A stretch of DNA of 64,000 nucleotides from Iphione sp. A-MEVVRFRX5 (Eukaryota). Under the pieces are notes generated by a model, which did not search any database, was not told where the DNA came from, and was given only the letters and a program-made list of their open reading frames with translations. This document shows, one piece after another, positions 1 to 13,547 of this stretch. Positions within the stretch are counted from its first letter, which is position 1; each line of letters starts with the position of its first letter. The DNA lies in assembly GCA_976226885.1 (NCBI GenBank), contig OZ320322.1, forward strand, positions 29,016,001 through 29,080,000. The letters are read 5' to 3'. The position numbers and the translations under genes were made by a program.

Positions 1-278
1 ATGAAATTAGTTAAGCAACACACCAGTGTCATCGAATGGTGGATATTTTTCCTATTTGTTGCTTAAAATCTAGACTTATATCTATACAGTTTTAACGAAT
101 ACCTTTTCCGTAAAATAGTTTCAACTTTCAATCCCGTTAAGGGTTAAAGTGCTTCGTTCCGTCCTCAGTCATAACCGTTGTTGTAGTCAATGAAATGTTA
201 TACAAACAACAAAACAACGGCCATCCAGACTGCGGTGAACATTAACCATGTTTTCAGACGACTCGTCTCAACAAAACT

Positions 279-2245
279 ATGAATGAATGAATGTTTATTA
301 ACCAGTTCTTCGTGTACACACAAAGTTCTCCTTGGTTAACATGTGAAAAGAACGTGGAACATTAAACATTGAGTACATGGGAAATATACATGAGGCATAA
401 TCGAGGATAAGATGTGAAAAAGAACATAAAACATGGAACATTGAGCACACAGGATGTGACAAGAGACGTATGCGAGGCATAACACATAAACATTACATAG
501 CAGCAGCACAGATTACATGAAGTAGGTTTTGATGGTCAACACACACATATATATACAAGGATTCTAGGTCTATAGATGTCATAATGCCCACACACTGGGG
601 GCCGGCATGTCGTACTGTGTAGCTGACTTTAAGGGGATCTAAGATCTGTTATATAGCATGTACAGCTTACATATTGTAGGAGAATAAAGTATGAACAACT
701 GTAGTGCGGCACCTGCATTTTTAGTCATTTTTAATCACTACCTACCACCATTTTGATACAGCAGTAGAGCTTACAAGACACTTCGCGTACTCAAATCATG
801 CAACAGGGCCGTCAGGCTCACTGACGCTAGCTATACTTACATACAAGACATTGTTCAGCAATACTCCTCATACTCAGTTAGCGCAGATCACCATTCATAT
901 ATGGCTATGACATCTACACAACATAGCACATGTTCTTGGATAGACCGATTGGCAGTTATGCTCTTCATTCTTGTACAACATGCATGTCACATTGGCACGC
1001 TTCACAGTTCAGTGCAATACAGAATTTCTCATTGTAGACACATTAGACAATGTTACAAGCACTATATCTTAAGGCAAAGTATATGTCAGTATATGCTTGT
1101 CACTCGTCTTCCCAGTTCCCCCAGTGAGAAATTGTGCACATAGATATCGGTGCAGCCCACACTTTGGCCTTAATGGACCCCAACGCTCCTCTCCTCGGCA
1201 CCCCTGTTATATTGTCAGAACCGAAAGTCATTTAATTTCTTCTAAACACCTCTGGATCCTTTCATAAACATTAAGGCAATCCACCCCTACTGCACAAACC
1301 CGTTCTTGCAATGATATAACCCTGAGTGTCCCTGCTATCTAAGGTGAGCATCTGCTGCCCATCCCATTGTGTGAGATGGGTTTACTCGTTCATTCCCATA
1401 CGCGAAAAGTTTGCTCACACAGTGTCTGGCCTGTCTATGCTGAAGACTCACCCGTCTTGACCCCGTACGGAAGGAGGGTTATTTTTCTCCCAGAGCCATC
1501 CTTTTAGGCAAGGCTTAACCCCTTACCTTAGTACCCTAAGGAGGTTGTTCCAGGACATGATGGCGCTGTAATGCAGGCTGGACATAAATAGGTGAGTTTT
1601 TGGTCTTGGGACCTTGATCCACAGCATGCCACCATCTCTTGTATGTGACCTGGATGCCAGTGGCAGTAGACAGAGATGTACCAGGAGATGGATGGCAGCT
1701 GGCACCCGATGTTCCAGCACCTCGGCCACCCTGTCGATGTTATGCTTAAGCACAATTTGCTTAGTTGACAACAACCTGTTTTGCTGCAGACCAATTCTCA
1801 TACATCTGTTTAGATGTATTTGCAAATGGGCTTTCTTGGACATTTAGGAGCCTTACAAGAGGGCAGCTCCATAGTACAGGTGGGACAATACCAGTGCTTT
1901 GAAAAGCTTTGCTTTCACACCTGCAGTTAGTAGGTGCTTGACCCTGCCTAACTTTAGGGAAGCAGCCCACATTTTGGCCTTGATGTCCTTAATAAGGTCT
2001 CTGATGGGAATCCACTACATAGCCCAACAGATGTGTCTTGGCTACTAAATCAAGTGGAGTGTTGTAAATCTTTAGGTCCAGCAGGGTGTCTGCTGCACTA
2101 CCCAACACCATATAACAACACTTTCCTTCACTCAACGGCAGTCCTGTGTCCCTTAACCAGTTAATGAGTAATTTTCACCAACATCCTCTGTTTTCCTTAT
2201 TCAATTTGCCTTGTTGATATATGCGACATCCAGTATATCATATGT
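279..2245 (-). mobile_element. 5'-truncated, degenerate CR1/L2-type LINE: RT C-terminus plus long 3' UTR
   Basis: Minus-strand translation across stops and frameshifts gives INWLRDTGLPLSEGKCCYMVLG...LLGYVVDS...RVKHLL...LFKALVLSHLYYG...LHYSAIMSWNNL, the typical post-YADD LINE RT tail. The element ends in AATAAA (294-299) followed by an (ATTC)n tail (279-293). Confidence 0.8.
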
Positions 2246-3712
2246 AGAAAATAAACGACCAATTTGCATCGAAACACGTCGACTTATTTGCCTTCATGTC
2301 TTCCTCACACGCCGGCAGTGTAATAACAGGGAGCTGATCCTCTCTGAATAGGAAATGTCATTATAAGATAGAAATATGATCTACTTAAAGGGGAGGTAAA
2401 GGACGATGGTGGGTATTCGCTTAAGAGGTAGTTAACGAATCAGCTCTAGATAAAGAAAGAACCGTTCCCTCAATGCACTGGTTAAGATTAATACACATAA
2501 TAGCTGAATGCCTTTAATTACAATCTAAACCTCCTTCTACCGTTCCATGATTAGAGATTAATGGGGGCGGTCCGTTCTTCCTCTCGGCTCTTCAAACCAC
2601 TGAGCCATAAGAAAATATACTCTCCCTAAATCAGCTATCAGAAAAGGCGCGGCAAGGAAGTCCGGGTAGCTGGGGCTTCGCTTCGCAAACAAAAGACTTT
2701 CTTACCACACTTATCTAATTTGCCTGCCCGCCTGTATCCACCTCAAATTAGATAAGCAAGGCTTACAGACATACACTCGTTGCGCTGCCCTAGGATGGGA
2801 ATTAGATCAGCCGGTTCGATCCGATCAGCCGCCGGCCTGCAGGCATTGGCTGCCGCATTCTGGGCCGAGAGGCGCTGGGACAATTCGTGAACAAGCAAAG
2901 CAGACTTAGATTGGGTTGCCCTAGCTTTAACAGATTGCTCAATGTTCGCTTTCCTCCATACATCTTACATTATCGAGTGACGGCCAACTCCACTTTCAGA
3001 GTAGCCCAAGGACTATAGATTGGATGTGGTTTTACCGCTGGAGTGCTGTGTTTTTGTTTGACAGGTGCATACATCTTCAATGCATCTGGATTTATTTGTA
3101 AATGAACAGATAACAACCTTCTCCTTTTGAATGAGAACCGCGTACACAAGGGACTGATTTCTTGAGCGATTTGACATGAATACTTACACTGTGTAGCAAT
3201 GCATTTGATTGATGTGCTGAGCTTGATTTAGTATCTAGGTCTATGGTTATGATTCTGCTCAATTGATGTTTGAAGTAAATTAAAGTAAATTGATCTGCTG
3301 CGGTTATGCGGCATAAACAAATACTCCCAAACCCTTACTTCTTCTTATGCATTCTTTTTTTTAAACTGGTAGCAGTCGGGGCGCCTTTTGCAGGCTAAAA
3401 TATGGGAAACATACCTGACCCAACTCAAGGTGAAGTGACACATATGACCCTCTTGAAAGTGATCGATGTCCCCACCGGCCTTCTTTCGCCCACGGCTTAA
3501 AATGGGTCTGAGATTCTATTCACGGGGAGTGTTTTAAATGCGTGGGAGAACAGACAGTGAGCAACTCGTCATTTGTATGTTTCTCGCCAGCAGATAAAAT
3601 CTGCCCGACCTGAGATGACCTGTAGGATTTTTTCTAGTACGCCACTGGCCTCCTCCACCTCCTTCACCACCTTCCTCATATTCTCCCACTATAACCTGTG
3701 TACTCTTACCCG

Positions 3713-3715
<3 letters not shown>

Positions 3716-3757
<42 letters not shown>
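3716..3757. repeat. (CT)n microsatellite
   Basis: Pure dinucleotide run read directly from the sequence. Confidence 0.95.
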
Positions 3758-3759
<2 letters not shown>

Positions 3760-3989
3760 CTCCCCTTCTGTGCTACCTCGCCAATTACCATTGCATGAAA
3801 TTCTTAACATCTCCCCTAAGTCCTCCTCCTCTTTCCCTTCCTCCTCCCTCTTTCCAACCCGCACGTCCTGTTCCCAATTTATCGTCCTACTTTACCTCTG
3901 ACCCTACTGCTGCTGCTGCTCCTCCTCCTATCCCTAAATTTCTCTCCCGTAAACCCCATGCCGTCCAGTTCCCTCCCCTCCTCTTCTTA

Positions 3990-4790
3990 CGGACCCTCCT
4001 CCTCCTACTCCTCCTCCAGGGTTTGATAACGTCATGGGCGAGCCGTGCCGTCGCCGATTTCTCAAAAGGCGCCTCCCGAGGGACCGGCGCGAATCGTCCA
4101 TCGAGCAAGCGCAGCGGAAGCTAGGGGTCGGCAGCGAGACAACGGCCGCCACTTCTGATTGGAATAAATCGAGGCCGACACTGCCGTGACCGGACTGCTG
4201 CCGGCGAGCCCACATTGTTCACCACCGGTAATTATACCCGCCTCCTGTTGCTATTAACGGCCGAGCTCCTCCGTCGTCATGGTCACCCAACTCATTACCC
4301 TGCCCGGAGGATAAAGCCGTCACGTCACTCCGCGGTCCCCTCCCTCAGCCCCCCACCCCCACCCCGTCCTCTTACGGGTGAAATGGAATAATCCATACGT
4401 GACGTCGTCGCCGCGTGGCGATACGTCACTTTCGATGGGCGGCCGGATTTGATTGGCGGCGACTTTGGTCGCCGACGAATCGCGAGTTAAGTAGCATTCA
4501 ATTATCTGCGCTGCAGCCGGCGCCGCGCTAGGCGGAGGTGACGCGGCCGATCGTTATACTACGTCCCGGTGAGTAATAATACGTGACGCGGCCGACGGGC
4601 CCGACGACTTACAATGGACGGCGAGGCGACAACGACTCCGCGCCGCTGATCATTGCCACCGTGGCTTCCCTTAATGGTCCATCTGGTTACCATATCACCG
4701 GCGCTGGGCGAAAAACCAACTGTTGGGCTTGAATCTCCTCATGCACCGAGCTGACCCTTTAGGCCGACGAGCGGCCGAATGAATGGATCA
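3990..4790. promoter_or_regulatory. GC/CpG-rich island with clustered CRE-like half sites and CCAAT motifs
   Basis: Abrupt rise in GC and CpG relative to the flanks, repeated TGACG/ACGTCA motifs and GATTGG motifs. No convincing ORF. Confidence 0.3.
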
Positions 4791-5018
4791 TACTGCTGCT
4801 TTTTCCATCGGTCATAGCAGAATAAAGAGGCCAAAGCAAGCTCTTAATGCCAGGGTTTATTCAACAGGTACTGGTTGATTGATTGGTAGTCGTAGGGTAA
4901 ACTGGAGTCTCTTACCCTTTTTATAGCACCGTGACCCCCGAGGAGTCCACCAATTTGAAACAGAGGGTTCAATCACGTGGCCATTACAAGAGACCCGTTT
5001 TTATGCTAATAGCTAACA
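4721..5018 (-). mobile_element. Candidate LTR followed by a degenerate tRNA-Val-like primer binding site
   Basis: TGTT...AACA termini. On -, TATAAAA (about 4919-4925) lies upstream of AATAAA (4856-4861), then GT-TGGTTTTTCGCCCAG follows the end. No second LTR copy or pol sequence was found. Confidence 0.3.
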
Positions 5019-8000
5019 GTACCTAACTTGATGCCGGGGGAATTACTTGGGGGGAAGACTGAGGACAGTTCATCAAGATGTCTCGTTTTCCTCTCGTTAC
5101 CTATCATGAGTTTGCTTAATGCGTTTTCTCAATGCGGTCAGGAGGGATGCCATGGTTGACCTCTTTTTATTTAGAGTTTGGTATGTATTTTAATTCCCCG
5201 ACTTTGAACTTGAAGTACATGTATAGTTCCATTCGCGGCCGCAGTCAACACCCTGATGCTGCTGTATATGATGTCGTATTACCAAGGTGCTGCTAAAATA
5301 CCTTTAGATATTATCATGCTACAGTCATCCCTATATCTGTCAAATGATCTATTCCTTTTCATCTTCTCATATTTTATTGCCGCCTTTCCATTGTCGGAAC
5401 CATATTGACAAGCAGTCCTTGGAACAGGTTTGCGTTTTGTCTCTCTTAACTGCGGCTCGATGATGCTCTTCATCTTATGCAGCACTTCAATATCAATAAC
5501 ACGAAGAGTTTCAGGGAACAATTTTCTTTGCTTACAACACTTTCTATTTTCCAATTCGTCTCTCCATGTATTAATATCTCATTGACTGTCGCCTGTGTGA
5601 TAAAATAACCTAGAAGTAAACTTTCCTTTCGACTTTGGAAAATTCCCTGATCATTCACATATATTTTTTAGGGGGGGGGGGTAATGAGACATTGTATTGT
5701 TCGCGCTAGAACCCTATAGTATCATAATAATATAAATGCCCACCGTTATTATGCCCCGTGTTTAAATACTGTGTAGAATCCGGTTGTACACACCGTGCGG
5801 AGTTGTATCCGAACAAACATGCGAAAGATTTTCACAAGGAAAATGGAATGAGGGACACACCCTGTTTTGCTGGTACAGGAACTCTTTTGTCGCCGACATT
5901 CCAGGGAGGGTAGGAGCTGGATGGAATTGGACAGATTTCTTGGCAAACACTGCAAAGGTCCTACGGCTCAGAACTGAGTATAATTAGTGACATTTATGGC
6001 ATATTTATGGGTTGTTTCTCATCAAGCCAATAGCATTGCTCGTTGTCGCCTCGTGCCTCGATCCTTAGCAGCGTGGAATTTCTCGAAAAAAAAATATTTG
6101 AAAGTGACCACCAATTAGGGACACAATCTGTGCACAAATAATCAGTGCCTGCTAAATATCAATGCTTTCCTCAAAAGTCCCTTTCAAATTGTCTAGAAGT
6201 CTAATTTGAGACCTAAATTGCTATCATCTAGTCGTCGATTTTCACTGAATGAAAGAAAGTACATTCTCATCAAGTCTATCTACTTAGGGTCTTCTGTCTC
6301 TAAATACTGATTTCAAGAACACGAATGCTTATTTCCTTCCTTAACTTATCATAGTTGCTCAATGACTCAAAGAGAGATGGTATCCTTTCTCCAGGTCATT
6401 GGAAATTTAGTTAAATAAGTATCGGTTCACCAAATAAGACATTTGGCTTTTAATTTTAGATAATTGTGGTTGGTTCTCGTTTTTTGCGATCGCCACAGCA
6501 TTGCCATGCTTGTACAATAGTTGTTATTGCACCTGTGACCTTTTTTGCTAGCTGCCAATTGTGCAGTTCAAGGCTTTGCTACAGGTAAAGTACTTGTAAT
6601 ATCTCCTTCGGCCACAACATTGCTCAATAGACCTATTCTCAGTAAGCAAATTACATAAGATTTTAACGACTCGGAGTCAGAAGATGAGTCAGAATACAAG
6701 TTGGAAACTACATATCTGCATCACAACAAGATACCTTACGAGTTGGAATTGTGCTCCGGCCAGAGACTTGACTCTATCGCAGTAAAATCGTACCCAAACC
6801 AAGTTCATTCTACACAGTGCATGTAAGTTTCCTTGAACACTTCTGTGGGTATTATATTACCTAAATCGTTCATGCAGTTTTAATTGATTTTGACTAATGA
6901 GGTGGACTAAGAAGGTCCCCTTTGATGCTACTTATCACCCTGAAAGGATATACCCCCATGATGGATAAAGAGTTGTTATTCCCAGCTCCCAACGACAAAA
7001 TGTTTGCAATATGCAGTAGAATTCCACAATATGTCCATTCCTTGGTTCACATTTTAAATGATACTATGAAAATTTACATTTTGTACTATTGAAAATGATA
7101 CTTGATGTGGTCATGTCCGTATCATTGTCTGTCCGCAATGTGACATTTGATCGTATATTTTCCCAAACATCAAACAGCTGGCTAATATTCGTATTTTATT
7201 GCGCCATAATGGAGCACTTTGCGACAGCCTCTGGTAGGGGAGGGGGGGGGGGTAGAAAGCTCATGCAAGATGCTTTAGAAATGTGGATACATAGTCTCTA
7301 TTTGTCTCCTGAGTGTGAATTTGTCATACACCTACAACCAGAAGAACTTAGATCTGCCTAGGAAAAGTCTGAATTGAGATTGTGTCCTCTGAAAACGATG
7401 GTACATGTCAGTGTTGTCCGGCAAATTCAACATGGGTGCATGTAGGGATGACATTTCCTAGTAGACCTGTACCAGAGCTACCTTTGAATGTTTCTTCATT
7501 CTTTTCACTAGCCTACAATGGGGGAAGGAGTTCAGAGAGAATACAAGTCTAAAGGAATGAGTATAACCAAGCAACTTTGTGCAGATAGATTTACTTTTCA
7601 GCAGTGTTTCCTTTGTTACATGATAATCATAAGATCAATCAAGCTGTTGTTGGATCAGAGAAAAGATAGTTCCTGTAGGTTTTAGGTTTATATTGCAAAT
7701 AAACATCTTGGCTGGGTGTAAGCTTTACAAGTACAATATAAGTAAAAGAATGTGTAGAATTTAGTCGAACGAGTCCATACTATTACTAGCCCTCTCTAAG
7801 TCTCAGACAACTCTCAACTCACCTTTGGTAGAGAATTGTAATGTATACTCCGTTCAAGGACTGGTATGGGATCAGATATGTGAATGCATGCCTTTGGGAA
7901 ATGCCTACAGGTAGTGCAAGCAGTAAATATCTGGGGTTCCTAACTTGGTTTTATGGCCTCAACCTGCTCTGAGGACAGATTGATTTGTATCAGCAGGTTT

Positions 8001-11000
8001 ACAACATTTCAGTGGTCCTGCCTGAATTAGGCCTAATATATACAATAGAGCTAGTACATATCAATTATCATGTCTTGAGCACATGTGGGTATAGCTGTAT
8101 GTGAATAGATGTCCATGCATCTTGTGAAATAAACACAGAGTACTGATTTTATGACTGAGCATTATTAACTTTATTCCGATAGGTTCGAATCGAAATAGGC
8201 TGTACAATCTTGCATGGTTGCTGTGATTTTATCCCCAGGCAGAGCTAGATTAGATCGGTTAGAAATGATTAATGCTGTGCTTTCATATGCAATATGCGTA
8301 TCTCATACGCCTGGGCCTAAGGAATAGGCAGCTGATACTTGTGACTTCATTCTGCGGACACTGCCTTGTAGCCAGCAAACAAGACGCTTGACGCTATAGT
8401 TGGCTAGATGGACGTAAAAATGTTATACAATCTGTAATTGACGTTTCTAGATGTGGACAATATTTGTATGTAATGTACATAGCTTTTTGTTGCTTTGAAG
8501 TTAAGCATACTAATACCATTACCTGCAGGACAAATGGAGAATTACAGAAGAAGCCAATGAGTAGTGACAGTACACATGATTTGTAGCATTGCCAGAGGCA
8601 ATGCATCGTCACTGCAAGGAAAGAACCAAGCGCAGCGAAAAAAAGCTGACTCGAAGAGAGAGAAGGGTTCCATTCTTTCACATGGCAAAGGGACTTCTGT
8701 CCCCCCGAAAAAAAAAACATTGTTCCAAAGTCATTGGTTTTATTTTGCACGGCGAGTGAAGTGCTTAGCTGGTGGATGGTGTGTTAGAAGTGGTAGGTTC
8801 AGACTAGCTTGGCATCTAGCTTTGTCGGATTCATTTTCAGCTCCCTTTTCTCCATGTGAGCAGATGTCTAGCCGGTTGGAGCAATTGGAGAGGGACCACA
8901 GCAGCTCCACCCAGTTTTCAAGCTGGTCTATGCCGGCTAGGTCGAATAATTATGGCCAGTCAGTTGGGCACTCCCCCTATTCTTGCCTTTGGTATACAAT
9001 GTAAATACCATCTCAAATTACAAGATTCCTTGGAACAGGGAAGGAAATTATCTCGTAACAGTCTAAGACAGGTACCAACATGGCAGAATCAATCTAATAT
9101 TTCGACAATAAGAAGTTAGACTTCGTTGAAATGTTAATTGACGTTGGCCTGAGTACCATCTTATAACTTGATGTGAAGTTTCTGACGAGTCTGCCAATGT
9201 CATGAACAAGTGGATAGGAATTCTGAGATGGGTTGTCAGACTCTGTCTCATAGACCAGGTTCAATATGGCAGGATCAATATCAACGACTTAATGGTGTGC
9301 AATAAGCAACCTGCGCATGTAGATCGTCGTCCTTGCACACCTGTTAACATCGTTAACTCTGGTAATCTTTCATCCCCCAAAAATAAATACGGAACGACGT
9401 TAGCGTTGCTAGGAAACAGACAACGCTGCGGCATCTCCTGTATAGACAGGTGTCGTAATATGAGAAGCTCTCGCTGAAAATAGTTTAATTTACGCCTCTT
9501 GCCAGGGAATGGTTACAATTATGATAGTCATCAGTTAACAACATGTGACCTAACACACCAACCTCTATTATTTTTCCGTTTTTCGAGAGTGTCGCTCCAG
9601 CTCGGCATCTTCCCATGACTCATGCGGAACCCAGCCGAAAACACGTGACCAGTGCAACACGTTGGAGCTACTTCGGATGGTGCAAGTTATCCCCTAGGAA
9701 CTAAACCGATAGATGCCATCTTTGTACTATTAATGACAAGTCTATTGCTGGACCTCTCTTGAATTAAAGTCGTCCAACATTTTGTGTGATAATTCTCAAT
9801 CAAGCGAATTATAACCTAAATCTTTTACTCTGTCATGGTGTTGCACACGTGCTTGAGCGTCATCTATTTCATTATTATTACATGTATTTCTAAACAGTTT
9901 CCCTTTTGTCCACTACCTGCAGAGTTCCTATTATAGGAGATGAATTTTTATTTACATGAAATACAAAACAGATAGGCTATACCACTGTCAAATATAATAC
10001 AAGTATTGGAAGGTATCTCAGTTAAGCTTTACAACTGAAGAGGTTCAAAAAGCTTCCGAAGGCAAATAAAGACATGTTGATGAACGCAGGATGAATAAGG
10101 CTTCCTCTATTAAAATTACATCGACAGAATCTGGTCGTAATTCAACTAAGCCATATGTATGCATTGAATTCCTATTGCATTACAAAATTTGAACATCTAA
10201 ATTCAATGCTTCAACATAAAATTGGTTCAGCTCTGTTGCGACCTGTACATGGACAATGCTTTTAAGCGTTTAACTGATACAAAATATAAATTATCTGAAA
10301 TTCCATTTCTTGACCAACTATCCAGTTTGGTGGCTGTCACCATTGGGATTGGATTAGGCTGCATTATGTGGTGAATCATTCAGCTGAGGTCCAGAATTGG
10401 CTGAGTCATTTTCTCTGCCCTTGGCAAATGATACGCTAATTTGCTACCTGGCAAGTATCCGGTCCATTTTCGTTTCCCCGTCGATTGGCGATGCTTTAAT
10501 ATGAGTTATCGGATAATGTTTGTATATATACTGCTATTATTACAAACGATTGGTATGTACAATAGTCGGCAAGCAGGTAATTTTAGTGATTAATAGATGT
10601 CGCCTCGTTCGGGCAATTTTCTTTGGGGGAAAAAAATCGCGTAACATTGGAAATGACAGTGTACATGACCATTTTACGGATAAGTAGATGTGAATTATGA
10701 CCGAAATAAACGAGGATTAAAATGGAGAAAAAACAAAGATAGTTTTTCAAGTTTCACCTCCATTGCAAATCGTCGACGTTACAACACGACCGTGCTGTTC
10801 TGTACATTACCACTTGTTTCTTACATCACATGAAATTCTTTTTACACTTTCGTTTTTATCACGAGTAATGTTAGTTCATTACCAAGTGGATTCGATCATG
10901 GAACACTTGTTATTCTTTAAGAAATTTACTCCGAGACTAAGCATACTAAACACATATATTATTATGGGCCATAGGGAAATCTTAGAAAGTCATGTTTTAT

Positions 11001-11925
11001 ATATAATTATCAAATCTATGTCCTGGTTGTGTTCTTGCTTATTTTTTTTGGCAAGCTGACCCGCTAATCTAAGTAGGGAGATTACATCACATCAGAAATG
11101 ATTCGAAACGTTTTCTTAAGTTAGAGAAAGGAAGACCTATCACGCTTGTTTGGAGGATCGTCATAATTGACTACAGTGGGAACGATTCCTATGATGACAA
11201 ACTCCCTGAACGACAATCCTTTAAAGAAGTGGGTTCAACACTTGATTGTAATGAACACGAACTAAACTGATCGCGTATATGACAGTAGATTTTTCTTAAT
11301 AAGGTCAGTATGTCCTAAGCACAAGACGTTCTTAATTTAATATTATGTATAGCGATTTCTAGGTACATGGGAGCCTTTGGGCTGGTTTCGATATCTGCAT
11401 TGCTGTGCGTTTCAATGCACTGCGTTGTGTATGCATCAGCTGTGTTATTTTTTACCAGCCCACATTTACATTGCACTGTAATTCCTCTCATACAATGGAA
11501 CCATATGTTTAGAAGGAGGCTAGCCGATGGTTAAGCATAGATTAGTTTATGTAAATGTTTATCTAATTTACATATTTCCACACATTTTATCCTCAAATTC
11601 ACTGCCATTTATGGCAAATTGGATATTTCCTCCTCAAATACAGCCAGAAAGGACAACAAATGGTGGCAAATGTGATGCAATTAAAAGACATCACCCTCCA
11701 TGTATGCATCATTATGATGTGTGAACATGCAGTGCACGCACAATGCACATGCATGTACATGCAAATATGGAAACTCCTCTTCATGTAAAGTTTCCCATAA
11801 CACAGAAACCATGTTGTAACAGAATAGACATAGACAGGATGGATATCTGGGTACGTGGAAGTCTAGGGTAGAGGATTTATTTTTGGTGCCTCCCACTCAT
11901 TCTATTAGAAATGGTGGCATTGTTA

Positions 11926-12188
11926 GGCAGGTTTCACATGTGCACATTGACGTTTTCACACAAAAAGGTGCATTCCGTGTAAACCCCCCATCAAGTGCAT
12001 AATATAATTAGTGCCTCAGTGCTTTTCCTATGGGATAATGCATCTGTTTGTGTTATAACCAGGTGGGTTGGGGAAACACAAACAAATGCATTAGTTATGC
12101 TAACGTGTATATAAAGAGAGTAACTGAGGTTACACAATCACAACCACATATCCATTAGCATGAATAACGGATATATGTGAAACCTACC
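11926..12188. mobile_element. PIF/Harbinger-like MITE
   Basis: TIRs GGCAGGTTTCACAT / ATGTGAAACCTACC, with TTA on both flanks (11923-11925, 12189-12191). Confidence 0.7.
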
Positions 12189-12681
12189 TTAGACTACACA
12201 TGCACATGAATGCAGCTACGTGAATGCACTTCCACTGTGAAGGAACCTTGAGCACCTTTTTACCCTACACATGTCACTTTCAGATTCTCACCAGGGTGGG
12301 GGCCCCCTATGATCAGTCATATATGAGGTGTGTGGATGATCAGGGCCTTGCTGGTATATGGTACAGATTTTCTCAAAACTAGTTTATTTACCCTGGAAAT
12401 ATAAAGATGGTAATTTTCTTCCAGCTTTTTGGTCATAATCATAACATCGTATTGTTTCTACTGATATGGATTAACATCCATTCAAAGCTGCTGATACATA
12501 TTCTCACTTATATACATGTCTATATTTTGCATAAACATTCTATAAGTTAATGTGTCAATACATATGACACAATTCGCTAAAGAGATTGATGGTTCTTCCA
12601 TGACAAAGACCGTGTAAGATACCGTGTAACAACAATTGACTAATCAATCAGTCAGTGAGATCACATCCCATCTTCTGATGA

Positions 12682-12862
12682 GGAGCAGTGGTTGCGCTGA
12701 CACCTTTGGTCTTGCCTTAGACGAAGAATAACCTTTCAAACATTATGTTTAGGAAGCAGTGTCGCACTGGCACATCCGGTCTCACCTTAGGCAAAAATGA
12801 CCTTTAAAACATTATGTTTACGAAGCAATGGTCACGCTGACACCTATGGTCAAACCTCAGGA
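12682..12862. repeat. Degenerate tandem repeat, about 70-bp unit, about 2.6 copies
   Basis: Recurring GAAGCAGTG...CTGACACC...GGTC...CCTTAG...ACCTTT..AACATTATGTTTA. Confidence 0.6.
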
Positions 12863-13289
12863 TGGTCAGACATGGACATTATAATACAATAGAACCAACC
12901 CTGGCAAGTGTGGTCACGGGGTAGTTTCAATCAGAAATCGAATTGGTTGGAAATAAACAACTTTGTATATTGGTTAAGTATAGATATTATTTCCATTCCA
13001 ACTTAACTTGCTCAGAATATCAAATTTGGTCAGAAATTGGTATGGTCAGAAGTAGGCATTTGACTGTATACTCAAGAGTAATGTTGTAGCATAAGTTAAT
13101 ATAGTATACCATGGAACCATGGTCTAGAACTGCCATAGATAGTGATCATAAGGTAAGTGTTAATTATTTTAATTCACTAAAAGTGTTAACATGTGGTAAT
13201 ACATGTTTACTATTCGTCCTACCTGCAATAGTCTAATGCCTTAGAACCCCATTCCAGGCTAGACAACCAAATACGCACATTTACATTAT

Positions 13290-13547
13290 ATAACTGACCC
13301 TCTAGGAAGACCAACTCAAGGAAGAGACTAATCAAATACTTATTTTCATTCAAAGACATGTAATACTCTACCGAAGGATGTGACACATCAAACGAGAAAT
13401 ATTATCAAACAGTATTTCAAGATCACTGAAATAGAGATCAGCCTGAAGAATAATAATACATGCATCAGGCTGAGTGGCATGTTAGAAAACATATATTGTA
13501 TTGTGATACGCGTTGCTCAATAAAAATCTTTTCAATTCAATTCAAAA
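13290..13547 (+). mobile_element. Short 3'-end remnant of a CR1/L2-type LINE
   Basis: Translation CNTLPKDV...YFK resembles the terminal WNxLP motif. It is followed by AATAAA and a TTCAATTCAATTC tail. Confidence 0.45.

Noticed and set aside
2790-2830. GGTTCGATCC B-box suggesting a tRNA gene or tRNA-derived SINE
   Set aside because: No A-box at the right distance and no cloverleaf; the T-stem does not pair.
3534-4215. Several overlapping ORFs up to 183 aa
   Set aside because: They are products of the (CT)n and CCT-rich tracts (SLSLSL, ERERER, poly-L/P) with no domain signal.
9310-9470. Minus-strand peptide ...NVVPYLFLGDERLP resembling a Harbinger transposase GD motif
   Set aside because: The other catalytic motifs are not found in frame on either side, so it may be chance.
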